From: a bacterium
GTDB lineage: Bacteria; DUMJ01
Reading direction: 5' to 3'
NCBI GenBank assembly: GCA_049970495.1
Contig: JBMFMV010000010.1
Span: 1 to 35,199, forward strand
Length of the DNA: 35,199 bases
Shown here: piece by piece, positions 1 through 10,632 of the stretch
Layout of the letters: the number at the start of each line of letters is the position of its first letter
Position numbering within the stretch: the first letter of the stretch is position 1
Notes under the pieces: model-generated
What the model was told of the DNA's origin: nothing
The model's input: the letters and a program-made list of their open reading frames with translations, nothing else
Databases searched by the model: none
Translations under genes and position numbers: made by a program

Positions 1-1131
1 CTGTAGTGGTATATTTTCTGGGATCTTTCCTATAAATATATAGTTACCAGGTAAAACCTCATTAGGAGCTGTGCCATCAAATATTACTATGTCATATTTA
101 GATAACATTCCTAGATCAAATTTATCTGTCTTGTCAAGAATACCTATATCGGCAAGGGAAAGGGCTATTTCTAGGTATGGATTTTCTTTAGTTACAAGTA
201 ATACAGATGGTTTAATTTTTGGGAATGTCAGATAAACCTTATCATCTACAGAAAGTAGGTCATTTGGATATATTATAGCCTTTACTATACCACTAAACCT
301 CTTTGGACCAATTATAACTGCCCTTTCTTCCCCCGGATTTAATTCTAAGGTAGAGGTCTCTATAAGTCTCTCCCCTTCCCAAACCTGGAGAGGGACAGAC
401 TTTTTAGTTTTAGAAAAATTCTTAACCTTAATAAATATCTCCTTTTCCCCTTTTATGCCGGTATCTCTAGCGCTAGCACTAATTATACCAACATTATTAC
501 TATCCTTAGCAAAAGTAAATACCTCTATTGGCAGAGAAGATAGTATTTCTCTCTCGAAGGCACCATCGGTAAAAAGATATATCATATCCGGCTTCTTATT
601 AAGTCTTTCTATATAATTTAAAGTCTCTATTATATTACCTTCTGTATCGGTAGGGAAAAGACTATTTATAGTTTCTTTTACCTTCTTCTTATCAGAAGTA
701 TAGTCCAAAAGGAACCTTGTTTTTGAGTCAGAAGAAAATACAGAGATAGCAGTTCCTTTTTCTAAAGAATCGACTAATTTTAGAGCCTCCATCTTTGCAG
801 AATCAAAACGGGTCGGCTTTATGTCCTTTGCCTGCATACTACAGGAAGTATCAATTATAAATACAACATTTCTAGCTTTTACAAAAGAGAGTACGCTAGG
901 CTTAACAAGTCCTAAGGTGATAAGAATAATAGCTAGAATCTGTAAGAGTAGTAATATATCTTTAAGGAACTTCTTGAGTACCGAATATCTGAGTTCTTCT
1001 CTAGTATATCTCTTCCATAAGTATATACTTGGAACTACTAGCACCTCTCTTCTTGTCCTTAATAGGTAGAGTATTATGACTATTGGAACTGCAAGAAGGA
1101 AAAGAAAATAGATTGGAGATAAAAAGCTCAT
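1..1131 (-). CDS. BatA/vWA domain membrane protein (3' end runs off the window)
   Basis: Not in the ORF track. Manual translation from ATG 1131 gives MSFLSPIYFLFLLAVPIVIILYLLRTRREVLVVPSIYLW (BatA-like N-terminus), then the MIDAS motif IIDTSCSM and YLFTDG. The ATG overlaps the DUF58 stop (ATGA). Confidence 0.85.
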   Translation of the reverse strand, partial: MSFLSPIYFLFLLAVPIVIILYLLRTRREVLVVPSIYLWKRYTREELRYSVLKKFLKDILLLLQILAIILITLGLVKPSVLSFVKARNVVFIIDTSCSMQAKDIKPTRFDSAKMEALKLVDSLEKGTAISVFSSDSKTRFLLDYTSDKKKVKETINSLFPTDTEGNIIETLNYIERLNKKPDMIYLFTDGAFEREILSSLPIEVFTFAKDSNNVGIISASARDTGIKGEKEIFIKVKNFSKTKKSVPLQVWEGERLIETSTLELNPGEERAVIIGPKRFSGIVKAIIYPNDLLSVDDKVYLTFPKIKPSVLLVTKENPYLEIALSLADIGILDKTDKFDLGMLSKYDIVIFDGTAPNEVLPGNYIFIGKIPENIPLQ

Positions 1132-2003
1132 TTAAGCCAACCCCCAAGTCTCATATAGTAAAGGACAACCCTATCTATAGGGATACTTGAGCTTGCCCTA
1201 ATATACTCTATACTATGGTTTAGGCAGAAGGATTCAATCTCTTCCAAAAATCTACCCAAAGTCTCTCTATAACCGCTTAGTATATCATCAATATCATCCA
1301 GCTCGATAGTTTCTCCTGTCTCAGAGTCTACCAACTTTACACTTCCAGAGATGGGAGGAGAAATCTCTTCTTCAGAGAGGATATGGAATACAAATGTCTC
1401 ATAACCTCTAGTATTAAGGACTTTTAACCCTTCTTCATATCCGGCTGGGTCTAGAAAGTCAGATAGTATAATAAATACTGACTTACCCTTTAGACCCTTA
1501 AGTGACTCTCTAATTGCACTATTCAAGGAGGTAACCCCTTGAGGTTCTAAAGCATCAAGGAATCTTAATAATCTCATAGTATTAGCTCTACCCCTCAGAG
1601 ATTCCAGCCTATTTTCAACCGTAGAGGAGATACAGTAGAGATTTACCAAGTCATAGTTGACCAATCCAATATATCCAAGGCTTGCTGAAAGTTGTTTACC
1701 AAAGTATAACTTAGATGGATTTCCAAACCTCATAGATTTACTTATATCAAAGAGTATATTTATAGTGCTAATCTCTTCTTCTCTAAAAAGTTTTACAAAC
1801 AACTTATCAAGTCTTGCGAATATGTTCCAGTCTATATAACGGAAATCATCCCCTATCTCATAGCTTCTATAATCCTGAAATTCTATCCCCCTACCGTATT
1901 TGGAACTTAATCTCTCTCCTATACTAGAGCCTTTGATAGATCTCTTTATGAGTAGATCTAACCTCTCTAAATAACTAAGGAACTCAGGGCTTAACAGGCT
2001 CAT
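1128..2003 (-). CDS. DUF58 domain protein (vWA-like, MoxR-associated)
   Basis: GRGIEFQDYRSYEIGDDFRYIDWN, DISKSM and IILSDF motifs; directly downstream of moxR. Confidence 0.92.
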   Translation of the reverse strand: MSLLSPEFLSYLERLDLLIKRSIKGSSIGERLSSKYGRGIEFQDYRSYEIGDDFRYIDWNIFARLDKLFVKLFREEEISTINILFDISKSMRFGNPSKLYFGKQLSASLGYIGLVNYDLVNLYCISSTVENRLESLRGRANTMRLLRFLDALEPQGVTSLNSAIRESLKGLKGKSVFIILSDFLDPAGYEEGLKVLNTRGYETFVFHILSEEEISPPISGSVKLVDSETGETIELDDIDDILSGYRETLGRFLEEIESFCLNHSIEYIRASSSIPIDRVVLYYMRLGGWLK

Positions 2004-2967
2004 TTTCTAATTCAGGAACCTCCTCTAGAATATTATCAATAACGGTATCTGTATCTAGTCCTTCCGCCTCTCCTTCAAAGTTTAGGATAATCCTATGTCT
2101 TAGAGAAGGTTTGGCAACATATCTAATATCAGAAAAGCTTACATTATACCTACCCTCTATTAATGCCTTCACTTTAGCTCCAAGTATAAGTGATTGGACA
2201 CCTCTAGGACTAGCACCATAACGCACATATCTTTTTACCATAGAAGGAGAAGACTCTAATTCAGGGTGTGTAGCTAAAACCAGTCTAACAGCATAATCCT
2301 TTACTGGTGTAGAAACAGGGACTGACCTTATCTCTTTCTTCTTCATCTCTATCGTCTCCCCATCTAACACCTTCTCTGCCTTTAGTATCTCAGGATTTGT
2401 TGTTCGGTCAATTATATCTATAAGCTCTTCTTTATTAGGGAAACCTAATTTAAGTTTAAAGAAGAATCTATCTAATTGTGCTTCAGGAAGAGGATACGTC
2501 CCTTCCATCTCTATTGGATTTTGTGTAGCCATCACAAAGAATGGTTCCTTCAATCTATGAATAACTCCAGAAACAGTTACACTATGTTCCTGCATAGCCT
2601 CAAGAAGTGCCGATTGAGTCTTAGGTGTAGCCCTATTAATCTCATCAGCTAAGACTATCTGTGCAAAGATTGGTCCGGGTTGAAATCTGAATGTCCTATC
2701 CTGTTCCATAACGTTTGTCCCTATTATATCTGAAGGCATAAGGTCTGGTGTAAATTGAATCCTTGAGAATGTAAGGTCTAGTGCTTCAGCCAGAGTCTTA
2801 ACCATAAGTGTCTTTCCTAAACCTGGAAGTCCTTCTAATAGTACGTGACCACCACTAAATAGAGCTATTAAAACCTGTTCTATGATCTCATCATATCCGA
2901 CTATTACTTTAGAAATCTCTTCCTTTAACCTTGTGAATATGTCTTTAAATCCTTCTCTAAATTCCAT
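1984..2967 (-). CDS. moxR: MoxR family AAA+ ATPase
   Basis: GLPGLGKT Walker A, RIQFTPDLMPSD, LADEINRA Walker B, ATQNPIEMEGTYPLPEAQLDRF. Confidence 0.95.
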   Translation of the reverse strand: MEFREGFKDIFTRLKEEISKVIVGYDEIIEQVLIALFSGGHVLLEGLPGLGKTLMVKTLAEALDLTFSRIQFTPDLMPSDIIGTNVMEQDRTFRFQPGPIFAQIVLADEINRATPKTQSALLEAMQEHSVTVSGVIHRLKEPFFVMATQNPIEMEGTYPLPEAQLDRFFFKLKLGFPNKEELIDIIDRTTNPEILKAEKVLDGETIEMKKKEIRSVPVSTPVKDYAVRLVLATHPELESSPSMVKRYVRYGASPRGVQSLILGAKVKALIEGRYNVSFSDIRYVAKPSLRHRIILNFEGEAEGLDTDTVIDNILEEVPELENEPVKP

Positions 2968-2972
2968 AATAC

Positions 2973-4310
2973 TTACTCTCCTTTCAATCTCTCAAAGTAA
3001 AGCTTTATCGCCTCTCTATATTCAGAGGGAACTACTTCCTTTCCTATAGGGTCTTCAGAAGATTTCGTAGGACTTCCTATAGCTCTTTCTCCTATAGAAG
3101 GAGTAGTATCTTTACCTAAGTTTTTTATCTTCAACTTTATATCCCCCTCTTCTTTGGCTATACCAGGAACATACTGTGGTAGACCTTGAGTATTTAATCT
3201 TTTTGATTCCTCACCAAGCTTAGTATCTCGTTCTCCCTTCCCAGGCAATGTTCCCCCCTGCTCAATACTATCGCTTCCTCTAGACTCCTCTGCCCTTTCA
3301 CCTTCCTTAGAACCAGTCTCTGTTTCTCCTCGGGATGAGCTACTTCCTACTTTATTACCCATCTTCTTATCCCCAGTGGTATTTGGCATAGTGTCAAAAT
3401 TTTCTCCCCCCATAGAGGAGTTTTCACCACTATTTTTCTCTGGATTTAAAGCACTTTTATCTTTTAGAGGAAAATTTCTGTCTTCTGAACTTGAATCTTC
3501 AGTAGACAGATTTCCACTAGGAGCTAACTGTCTTTCACCTTCTCTAGTTCCCTCTTTACTATCCTGAGAAGAAGTATTACTACTCATCTTATTCATAACC
3601 ATCTCTAACATCTTTTTTATATCAACTTTACTAGTAGTATCAATACTACCAGGGTCCTTTTCAATCTCCTTAGTTATCTCTTTCAATATACTCAAGCCCT
3701 CCTCGCCCTTAATCTTTTTCTCCTCAATTCCTCTTCTAAGAAATTCTAATCTTTTAGCCAATTCTGGCTTCTCAGATATCAACTTTTGCTCAAGTTTCAA
3801 TATGTCTGTTTCAATTCTATTCTGTACACTTATCTCTTCTTTAGGGGAAACAAATCTAGGGTAAAAGACATTCTGGTAAAACATTAAAGACAAAAAAAGA
3901 ATAGGAGGGATAAGGATAGCGTATCTAATCCTTTTTCTAAACTTAAAAGGATAAACCTTCTTTATATCAAGACTCTTTAATAAGATTATCGTTTCATCTA
4001 TAAGTCTTTCAATAATTGGAGACTCTTTATCGCTAAATTCTAGGCTAGTTATAACCCTCTCTTTAAGATCCAGGTCTCTGTCTATAATTATGGCTATACT
4101 TTCATCATTTATAGGCTTAAATAGGGAAAGCCCCAGCGCCATAGAAAGTGGAACTATCAGGTATATGTAAGGGACATCAAAATGAAAGAAATAACCTAAG
4201 ATATAAAGGACAGATGCATATATTAATAACTCTAAAAGCCAATTTAAGAAAGTAATAAGTCTTACTTTCAGTCTAACTATCGATATAAGTCTACTCAGAT
4301 CGTTCTTCAT
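2973..4310 (-). CDS. Membrane protein with coiled-coil and G/S/E-rich low-complexity region (MoxR operon accessory)
   Basis: N-terminal TM segments, LKERVITSLE motif, polar linker, C-terminal VPSEYREAIKLYF helix. Confidence 0.75.
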   Translation of the reverse strand: MKNDLSRLISIVRLKVRLITFLNWLLELLIYASVLYILGYFFHFDVPYIYLIVPLSMALGLSLFKPINDESIAIIIDRDLDLKERVITSLEFSDKESPIIERLIDETIILLKSLDIKKVYPFKFRKRIRYAILIPPILFLSLMFYQNVFYPRFVSPKEEISVQNRIETDILKLEQKLISEKPELAKRLEFLRRGIEEKKIKGEEGLSILKEITKEIEKDPGSIDTTSKVDIKKMLEMVMNKMSSNTSSQDSKEGTREGERQLAPSGNLSTEDSSSEDRNFPLKDKSALNPEKNSGENSSMGGENFDTMPNTTGDKKMGNKVGSSSSRGETETGSKEGERAEESRGSDSIEQGGTLPGKGERDTKLGEESKRLNTQGLPQYVPGIAKEEGDIKLKIKNLGKDTTPSIGERAIGSPTKSSEDPIGKEVVPSEYREAIKLYFERLKGE

Positions 4311-4989
4311 GAGCTATCCTCCTTAGATGGACTACTCTCCAAAAGGTCAAAGCCATACCTAAAAGTCCTACAAATAGATAATATATAAGTCCACTCCTCT
4401 GTGAATAGTAGATGAGTGTCAATGGATTTATAAGATTCAGAGGGTATGAAAGTCTCGCAGTAAATACCAAAAGCATAATTATACTAATCCAAAATAGAAT
4501 TATAGGGAATATCTTTTCTCTAAGAGTGGATATAAAGTATCCCCAACATGCTAGACTTAGATTTACAACTATTAAAATAGATAAAAAACTCATAATATCG
4601 CCATCTATTCCTATATTAAGTGCAAGAAGATTAAAAGGTATCACAGATGCAAGTAATATTAGAAGATGGATAAAAAAGGCTACCAGCTTACCAAATACTA
4701 TACTAAAGATGGAGAAATTACTGCCAATAGCCAAATCCCTTATCGTCTTTTCTTTACCAGCAAGGGAATTACCCATAGTTACAGCTGTAGTAAAAGCTAA
4801 AAACACAAAAAACTCCGAGATAGCCATAACTATAAAGAGTTTCGGTATAAAGCTATTTATCACCCTCTGATAACCTGGTGCAACAACCACAAAGACTAAA
4901 AAGAGTATAAATAGAGATACACCCCAGAATTTTGTAAATTCTAGGCTATTTATTCTTGATTCCAGATCTTTCCAGACTATAGTAAACAT
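4291..4989 (-). CDS. ABC-2 type permease-like integral membrane protein
   Basis: About 6 TM segments; EKTIRDLA...IVFGKL resembles the ABC-2 permease loop. Confidence 0.65.
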   Translation of the reverse strand: MFTIVWKDLESRINSLEFTKFWGVSLFILFLVFVVVAPGYQRVINSFIPKLFIVMAISEFFVFLAFTTAVTMGNSLAGKEKTIRDLAIGSNFSIFSIVFGKLVAFFIHLLILLASVIPFNLLALNIGIDGDIMSFLSILIVVNLSLACWGYFISTLREKIFPIILFWISIIMLLVFTARLSYPLNLINPLTLIYYSQRSGLIYYLFVGLLGMALTFWRVVHLRRIAHEERSE

Positions 4990-4992
4990 AAC

Positions 4993-6468
4993 CTAAATCT
5001 CCAAGAGACATAGTGTTAAAGACTTGATATTATCAAACTTAAACTCTATATCTGCAGGTGTTGTATGGGTCCAACCTAATATATATTTTTTATCACCTAA
5101 TGATATTATATCATTGTTTATAAACCAAGATAAAACTTTTCCATTAATATCATCTCTATTTAGTCTTGACAATCTAAAAGTTTCTTTTTTGAATCTATTA
5201 ACCCCTACTTTTATATCTCCTAATGGTAGATATCCTTTATTATCTAGGAGATAGGCATCCTCTATGGTATATAGAGAATTATTAATTACAGTAACTACAC
5301 CATCGTCCTCATAAGCTTTAATATTAAAGTCCAAAACACCCCAACCTCTAAGTAGTCCAAGCTCATTTGGACCTAAATTTATCTCTGCTAGTACCCTATC
5401 CTTATCTTCAGTAATAAGAGTTGTCTCTGCTATCCTCTTTTCCCTTCTACTTACCCAAAAGACAAGGTTTCTAGAATTGTATGAAAAATCCAAAACCTTG
5501 TTATAGGGAGAAAAAAGAGCTAACCCTGAATAAAAGCTTGAATAAGGAACATTCTTGTCAACCTTTATAAGATTGACCTGTATACCAACGTTACTAATAT
5601 CTTTAGTTCTTGAGGTCAAACTAAATAGTAGATAAGAAAAGCTAAGACATATTAAAAGATATATACCAATCCTTTTCAGGAAATGCCCTTCAAAGTAGTA
5701 AAGGAATAAGAAAAGAACTAATACATATAGAAAGAGAAATAGTGATACAAAACTCTTAGAGGGTAGTGGAATATCTTCCTCTTTTATAAGGTCTGCTACT
5801 AGAGGAGATATATCTATATCTCCGGGATATGTATCATTTCTTCTCTTACTTGAAATATCTTCATAGGGGTCTGTTATAACTTTACCCCCTAGTACTATCC
5901 ATCTATCCAATAGGCTTTTTAATTTACGTAGAGATAAAGGGCTAAGGGAAACAATATCAAACGGATCTAGTATAAAAATTGGCTTATCTAGAAGTCTATC
6001 GGATTCTAAAGTCAGGATCCTAGTCTCTGCTCCTCTATAAGGTAATGTCCAATTATCTATAAGGCACATTATAGGTAATCTCATATCTAATTCTTTAATC
6101 TCATAACTAGAGGTCTTTACAACTCTTCCATCTTGGGAAAGAACAGAGACTCTTATAGGATGTCTCATATCAGAAAGAGGAGTAAGAAAAAGGAATTCTT
6201 TCATAGAGTACATTGGTATATCTACATCTGCCTTTAATACGACAGAGGTTATATTTTCTAATATTACACTACCTTCCTTAACCTCTATCTCTATCCTTCC
6301 CTTAAAAGGTATACTATACGTCCTTATGGTTACAGTAATTGGATTCCATCTGCCAACCTTTACTGTCCCATTGAAGCCAAACTCAATATTTATATCTATG
6401 CCTACTTGAGGATAGGCTATAGATGGAAGGAATAGGAATAATAAGAATAGACAAATTTTAAGTTTCAT
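4993..6468 (-). CDS. Hypothetical exported/membrane protein, first gene of the MoxR operon
   Basis: Signal peptide, GFNGTVKVGRWNPITVTI beta-rich domain, two central TM helices; GGAGG RBS before the ATG. Confidence 0.75.
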   Translation of the reverse strand: MKLKICLFLLFLFLPSIAYPQVGIDINIEFGFNGTVKVGRWNPITVTIRTYSIPFKGRIEIEVKEGSVILENITSVVLKADVDIPMYSMKEFLFLTPLSDMRHPIRVSVLSQDGRVVKTSSYEIKELDMRLPIMCLIDNWTLPYRGAETRILTLESDRLLDKPIFILDPFDIVSLSPLSLRKLKSLLDRWIVLGGKVITDPYEDISSKRRNDTYPGDIDISPLVADLIKEEDIPLPSKSFVSLFLFLYVLVLFLFLYYFEGHFLKRIGIYLLICLSFSYLLFSLTSRTKDISNVGIQVNLIKVDKNVPYSSFYSGLALFSPYNKVLDFSYNSRNLVFWVSRREKRIAETTLITEDKDRVLAEINLGPNELGLLRGWGVLDFNIKAYEDDGVVTVINNSLYTIEDAYLLDNKGYLPLGDIKVGVNRFKKETFRLSRLNRDDINGKVLSWFINNDIISLGDKKYILGWTHTTPADIEFKFDNIKSLTLCLLEI

Positions 6469-6487
6469 AAAACCTCCATGCAGTTTT

Positions 6488-6511
6488 ATTATAACAATCT
6501 TATGCTATACT
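6488..6511. promoter_or_regulatory. Back-to-back extended -10 promoters
   Basis: Minus strand TGtTATAAT at 6496-6488 and plus strand TGcTATACT at 6503-6511, between divergent genes. Confidence 0.6.
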
Positions 6512-6543
6512 ATTCAAGAGATTAGATCTAAGCGGAGGGATAA

Positions 6544-7482
6544 ATGGATGGTAAGCCTATTGTAGTAATAGGAAGTATAAATATGGATTTAGTGATAAAG
6601 TCAAGTTCTATTCCGAAACCTGGAGAAACGGTTATAGGCGAATCTTTCTACAAGGCTTATGGAGGTAAGGGAGCAAATCAGGCAGTAACGGTATCCAAAT
6701 TAGGAGGAGATTGTTACTTTATAGGAAGAATAGGGAAAGACTTATTTGGTAATGAATTGAAAGAAAATCTATTAAAAAATCAGGTAAACATAGATTATCT
6801 GACAGAAGACGACTCAAGCCTTACAGGAATAGCATTTATTATTGTAGATCAGGATGGAGAAAATAGCATCGTTGTAGCTCCCGGTGCAAATATGAAGCTA
6901 AATAAGGAGGATATAGAAAGAGCCATACCTATCATATCTAAGGCTAGCACTCTCCTTATCCAGCTCGAGATACCAATAGAGACGGTAGAGTATTCACTAA
7001 ACCTAGCCAAAAGCTATAATCTTATCTCCATCCTAAATCCAGCACCGGCAAGAAAGAAGATAGATAAAGATATAATATCTCTAGTAGATATAATTACTCC
7101 AAACAGGTCTGAGTTAGCAATGATAACAGGAATCGAATTAAAAGATGACGATGACATTATTAAGGCAGGGAAAAGACTTCTAGAGTATGGAATTAAATGG
7201 GTAATAGTAACTCTAGGATCGCGTGGGGTTATGGCTATAGGAGAAGATAGAGAGATCTATATTCCAGCCATAAAGGTAGACCCTGTAGATACCACAGGAG
7301 CTGGTGATGTTTTTAACGGTGCTTTAACAGTAAAATTATCACAGGGGGAACCTATAGAGAGGGCTATTAAGTATGCAGTTGTATGTGCAGGTATATCTGT
7401 AACTCGGAAAGGGGCACAAAGCTCTATACCAACATCAGAAGAGGTAGAGAATTTCATCAAAAAGGAGGGAATAGTAATATGA
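6544..7482 (+). CDS. rbsK: Ribokinase
   Basis: GSINMD, GGKGANQA and DTTGAGDVFNG PfkB motifs. Confidence 0.93.
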   Translation: MDGKPIVVIGSINMDLVIKSSSIPKPGETVIGESFYKAYGGKGANQAVTVSKLGGDCYFIGRIGKDLFGNELKENLLKNQVNIDYLTEDDSSLTGIAFIIVDQDGENSIVVAPGANMKLNKEDIERAIPIISKASTLLIQLEIPIETVEYSLNLAKSYNLISILNPAPARKKIDKDIISLVDIITPNRSELAMITGIELKDDDDIIKAGKRLLEYGIKWVIVTLGSRGVMAIGEDREIYIPAIKVDPVDTTGAGDVFNGALTVKLSQGEPIERAIKYAVVCAGISVTRKGAQSSIPTSEEVENFIKKEGIVI

Positions 7483-8366
7483 AAAAGGTAATTATAGATA
7501 CTGATATTGGAGATGATATCGATGATGCTCTTGCAATAGCTTTAGCAATTAATTCTCCGGAGTTAGATATTGTTGCTATTACAACAGTCTTTAGGAATAC
7601 TTTATTAAGGGCAAAATTAGCCAAGAAATTAGTAAGAGTATTTGGTAAACCAGATATTCCTGTAGTTAAAGGCAGAGAAAAACCGTTGATAAATGACTGG
7701 GACAAAAATCTTATCCCTCCACAAGTAAAAGCAGTCAAAGAGGATATAGAGATAGATAAAAGTATTAACGCAATAGACTTTATAGTAGATACAGTAATGA
7801 ATTCGCAAGACATGATAACTCTTATAACGATAGGTCCTCTAACAAATATAGCCGGGGCAATAATAAAGGAGCCAAAGATAAAAGAAAAGACAGAGATATA
7901 TATGATGGGAGGAATGTACTCTCAGGCATTTCCAGAATGGAACATATACTGCGACCCTGAAGCAGCAAGGATAGTATTTGATTCCGGAATTAAAATAACT
8001 ATGGTAGGATTGGATGTAACTCTAAAATGTAGGTTCAACAGGGAGGCCCTAGATGAGATTTTTAACTTCAATAGCGAAAGAACCAGATTTCTATCAGAAT
8101 TGATTACGATATGGCAAGAAGGGGATAAGGAAAGATACCCTATACTTCACGATCCACTAGCGGTAGCAAGCTTTATAGAGTCTTCACTTGTAAAAAAGGA
8201 GAATATGCATATAAAGGTCGAGACTAGAGGTGAGTTTACTAGAGGAGTAACCGTAGTTATAGATACCCCTTATAGCAGTAGAAAGGGCGATTCAAATGTA
8301 GATGTATGCATAGATGTAGATAGTAATAGATTTATCGATTTTTTCTTAAAAAGGATATTAAGGTAA
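7479..8366 (+). CDS. Inosine/uridine-preferring nucleoside hydrolase
   Basis: DTDIGDDIDD, GPLTN, EWNIYCDPEAA, LHDPL. Start corrected to ATG 7479 (ATGA overlap with rbsK, AGGAGG upstream). Confidence 0.92.
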   Translation: MKKVIIDTDIGDDIDDALAIALAINSPELDIVAITTVFRNTLLRAKLAKKLVRVFGKPDIPVVKGREKPLINDWDKNLIPPQVKAVKEDIEIDKSINAIDFIVDTVMNSQDMITLITIGPLTNIAGAIIKEPKIKEKTEIYMMGGMYSQAFPEWNIYCDPEAARIVFDSGIKITMVGLDVTLKCRFNREALDEIFNFNSERTRFLSELITIWQEGDKERYPILHDPLAVASFIESSLVKKENMHIKVETRGEFTRGVTVVIDTPYSSRKGDSNVDVCIDVDSNRFIDFFLKRILR

Positions 8367-8396
8367 TACTCAGTTATATGGTATAATTTAATAGCT

Positions 8397-9437
8397 ATGG
8401 AAAGTAGAATAGAAAAATGGATAAAGACACATCTATCCTGTGTAAGGACCACAAGTGCTGAACTTACATATGAAAGATTAGATTCGCAGGCTTATGCTAA
8501 TCTACCAGTGATATATCAGCCGCTAGATATAAATAATAAGTCTCACTGGTATGATATAGCAATATGCAGCGCATTTAGTTATGCAGTTAGAGGAGCTAAA
8601 ATAATTCTAGATATAGGTCCTGGAGACGGCTGGCCCTCTCTAAGAGTAGCGCATAATTTTGAAAAAGTTGTCGGAATAGACCCTTCACACAGAAGGGTAA
8701 GTGTACAAAGACAGAATGCCAAAAGATTAGGTATAAAAAATGTAGAATTTCTAGAGATGGACGTAATAAATATGAGTTTTCCCGATAATAGTTTTGATGG
8801 GGTTATAGCTGCTAATTCCATAGAGCAGAGTAACAATCCAGTCTTAGCACTAGAAGAGGTCTTTAGAGTCCTAAGACCCGGTGGAAAACTGGCTATGATA
8901 TTTGAAAACTACGACCGTTATATCCCGGCATATGAAAAAGACGAGTTCCTCTGGGCAGAGATAATTGCAGATGAATGTATACTCTTTTATTCCCTAAAAG
9001 AGAAGAATCCTCCAAGAGAAGTAAAGTATGCATTATTCTTAGATAAAGAATGGCTTATGCAAGAGCACGATCTGAGGAGAAAGATAAATGAACTCTCAGA
9101 GAGAAGACATAGAGTATACGAAGATGAGAGATTTGGTATAACCTTCTTTGAGAGATTAGCACCATTTGTCATCCAAACAAAATATTATGAGCTCTCTCAC
9201 TTTACCTCTACTTCTCTCCAAGAGACACTTACAAAGATAGGTTTTGTCAATATAAAGGGTGTTGATATAAGAATCCCTCAGTTATCAGATTTCTTCGAGA
9301 TAGCTCAAAAAGAAGGAAAACTAGAAAAACTAGAACCTATGATGGAAGAAATTGGAGAGATCTTTGGTATAATGGCTGTTGAATCTAGCGTACCTAGAGT
9401 ATTGGACTTTACTATAGCCCAAAAACCCTCTCTATAA
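8397..9437 (+). CDS. Class I SAM-dependent methyltransferase
   Basis: ILDIGPGDG motif I, FPDNSFD, RVLRPGG. Confidence 0.85.
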   Translation: MESRIEKWIKTHLSCVRTTSAELTYERLDSQAYANLPVIYQPLDINNKSHWYDIAICSAFSYAVRGAKIILDIGPGDGWPSLRVAHNFEKVVGIDPSHRRVSVQRQNAKRLGIKNVEFLEMDVINMSFPDNSFDGVIAANSIEQSNNPVLALEEVFRVLRPGGKLAMIFENYDRYIPAYEKDEFLWAEIIADECILFYSLKEKNPPREVKYALFLDKEWLMQEHDLRRKINELSERRHRVYEDERFGITFFERLAPFVIQTKYYELSHFTSTSLQETLTKIGFVNIKGVDIRIPQLSDFFEIAQKEGKLEKLEPMMEEIGEIFGIMAVESSVPRVLDFTIAQKPSL

Positions 9438-10466
9438 GATATAGATAGGATTAGTAAAAACCCATGGTTTCCAGAAGAGTCTGTGATAGACCTCTGTCTC
9501 CACTCTGTAAACTCCTGGGGTTTCAATAGTATACTCTAGAAAGTTTCCAACCCTTTCTAAGATGATACTTCCATTTTTTATAAGCTTTATCTTTACTGTT
9601 ATTGGGGAACGGACATAGATTTTTATCCCCTCTCTAAAATTCAACTCGTCACCCATAATATAAAGGTTTTTTCTATCTTCAGCCCAAAAGAGAAAACCTT
9701 TGGAACTTCCAAGATAGTTGTGAGATATATAACAATGTCCATCTTTCAGAGATGAATATACTGACTCGGGAGTTAAGAGACCTCTAGTAATTATATGGGT
9801 TCTTATAGAGTTGAAATAATAAGTAAAGGGCCAGGCAGGTGCATCAAAGAATAGTAATCTTACTAAATAGAGATGTGCATCGGCAGTTCCTATCCCCACA
9901 GTCTTTCCTTTAAGGCTAAGCTCATCCCACTTCTTTATAGTATTAATATTTGGACGATCTTTATCTAAACCAGGGAATGCATAAAATATAGGGAAGCTAT
10001 AAATTCTCATCCTTTCTCCACCATCAGAAGTATAGTTAAATATAGCTAGACCAGTAAAACCCTCTACACTCCAGTCTGTCCAAGGACTGGGGGCTATATT
10101 GAACGGATGGATATGGTGGTTACCAAAGAAAAAGGGATGTTCTATAAAACCAAACCCTCCCTGATCTAATACCTTATTAATAGAATCTTGAGGGTTAGAA
10201 GATGGCTCTATAAGTTCTTCTATATTAAGGGCTAAGTAATGATTCCCCTCAGGTGGAGATATTTCCTCTCCAACCAAAACAAGGACATCATTATGCCAAC
10301 CCTCTAAAGGTTTATAAGCTAATGAGTTATGATCCGTTATAACAACGTAATCAACATTAAACCTTCTTGCGCACTTTAAAACATCAGATAGCTCAGCTGA
10401 GCTATCACCAGAATGTACAGTATGTATATGTATTACACCGGTATAGTCCTTAATCTCCTCCAGCAT
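9432..10466 (-). CDS. PHP-domain metallohydrolase (CehA/McbA-like)
   Basis: HIHTVHSGD, ITDHN, GEEI, EHP, TADAH; C-terminal beta domain ending WVFTNPIY. Confidence 0.85.
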   Translation of the reverse strand: MLEEIKDYTGVIHIHTVHSGDSSAELSDVLKCARRFNVDYVVITDHNSLAYKPLEGWHNDVLVLVGEEISPPEGNHYLALNIEELIEPSSNPQDSINKVLDQGGFGFIEHPFFFGNHHIHPFNIAPSPWTDWSVEGFTGLAIFNYTSDGGERMRIYSFPIFYAFPGLDKDRPNINTIKKWDELSLKGKTVGIGTADAHLYLVRLLFFDAPAWPFTYYFNSIRTHIITRGLLTPESVYSSLKDGHCYISHNYLGSSKGFLFWAEDRKNLYIMGDELNFREGIKIYVRSPITVKIKLIKNGSIILERVGNFLEYTIETPGVYRVETEVYHRLFWKPWVFTNPIYIL

Positions 10467-10584
10467 TTTCTAAATAATTATACCACAAGACTTTTTTATG
10501 AAGATAATATTCTGTATTCTTTTTACAAAAGTATCTAAAACTTACTAATAGTCTCCTGAGCCATATCCCATACAGAAGGAGCTT

Positions 10585-10613
10585 TTGCAAAAAGGAAACT
10601 TTTATCGTATAAT
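10585..10613 (+). promoter_or_regulatory. Sigma70 promoter of the radical SAM gene
   Basis: TTGCAA-N17-TATAAT; implies the start is ATG 10633, not TTG 10585. Confidence 0.7.
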
Positions 10614-10632
10614 GAAGATTGCGGGGTTAACT

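Noticed and set aside
7383..7478. N-terminal extensions in the ORF track (also 10585, 23373, 23486, 32698)
   Set aside because: RBS/promoter positions and domain boundaries favour the downstream starts.
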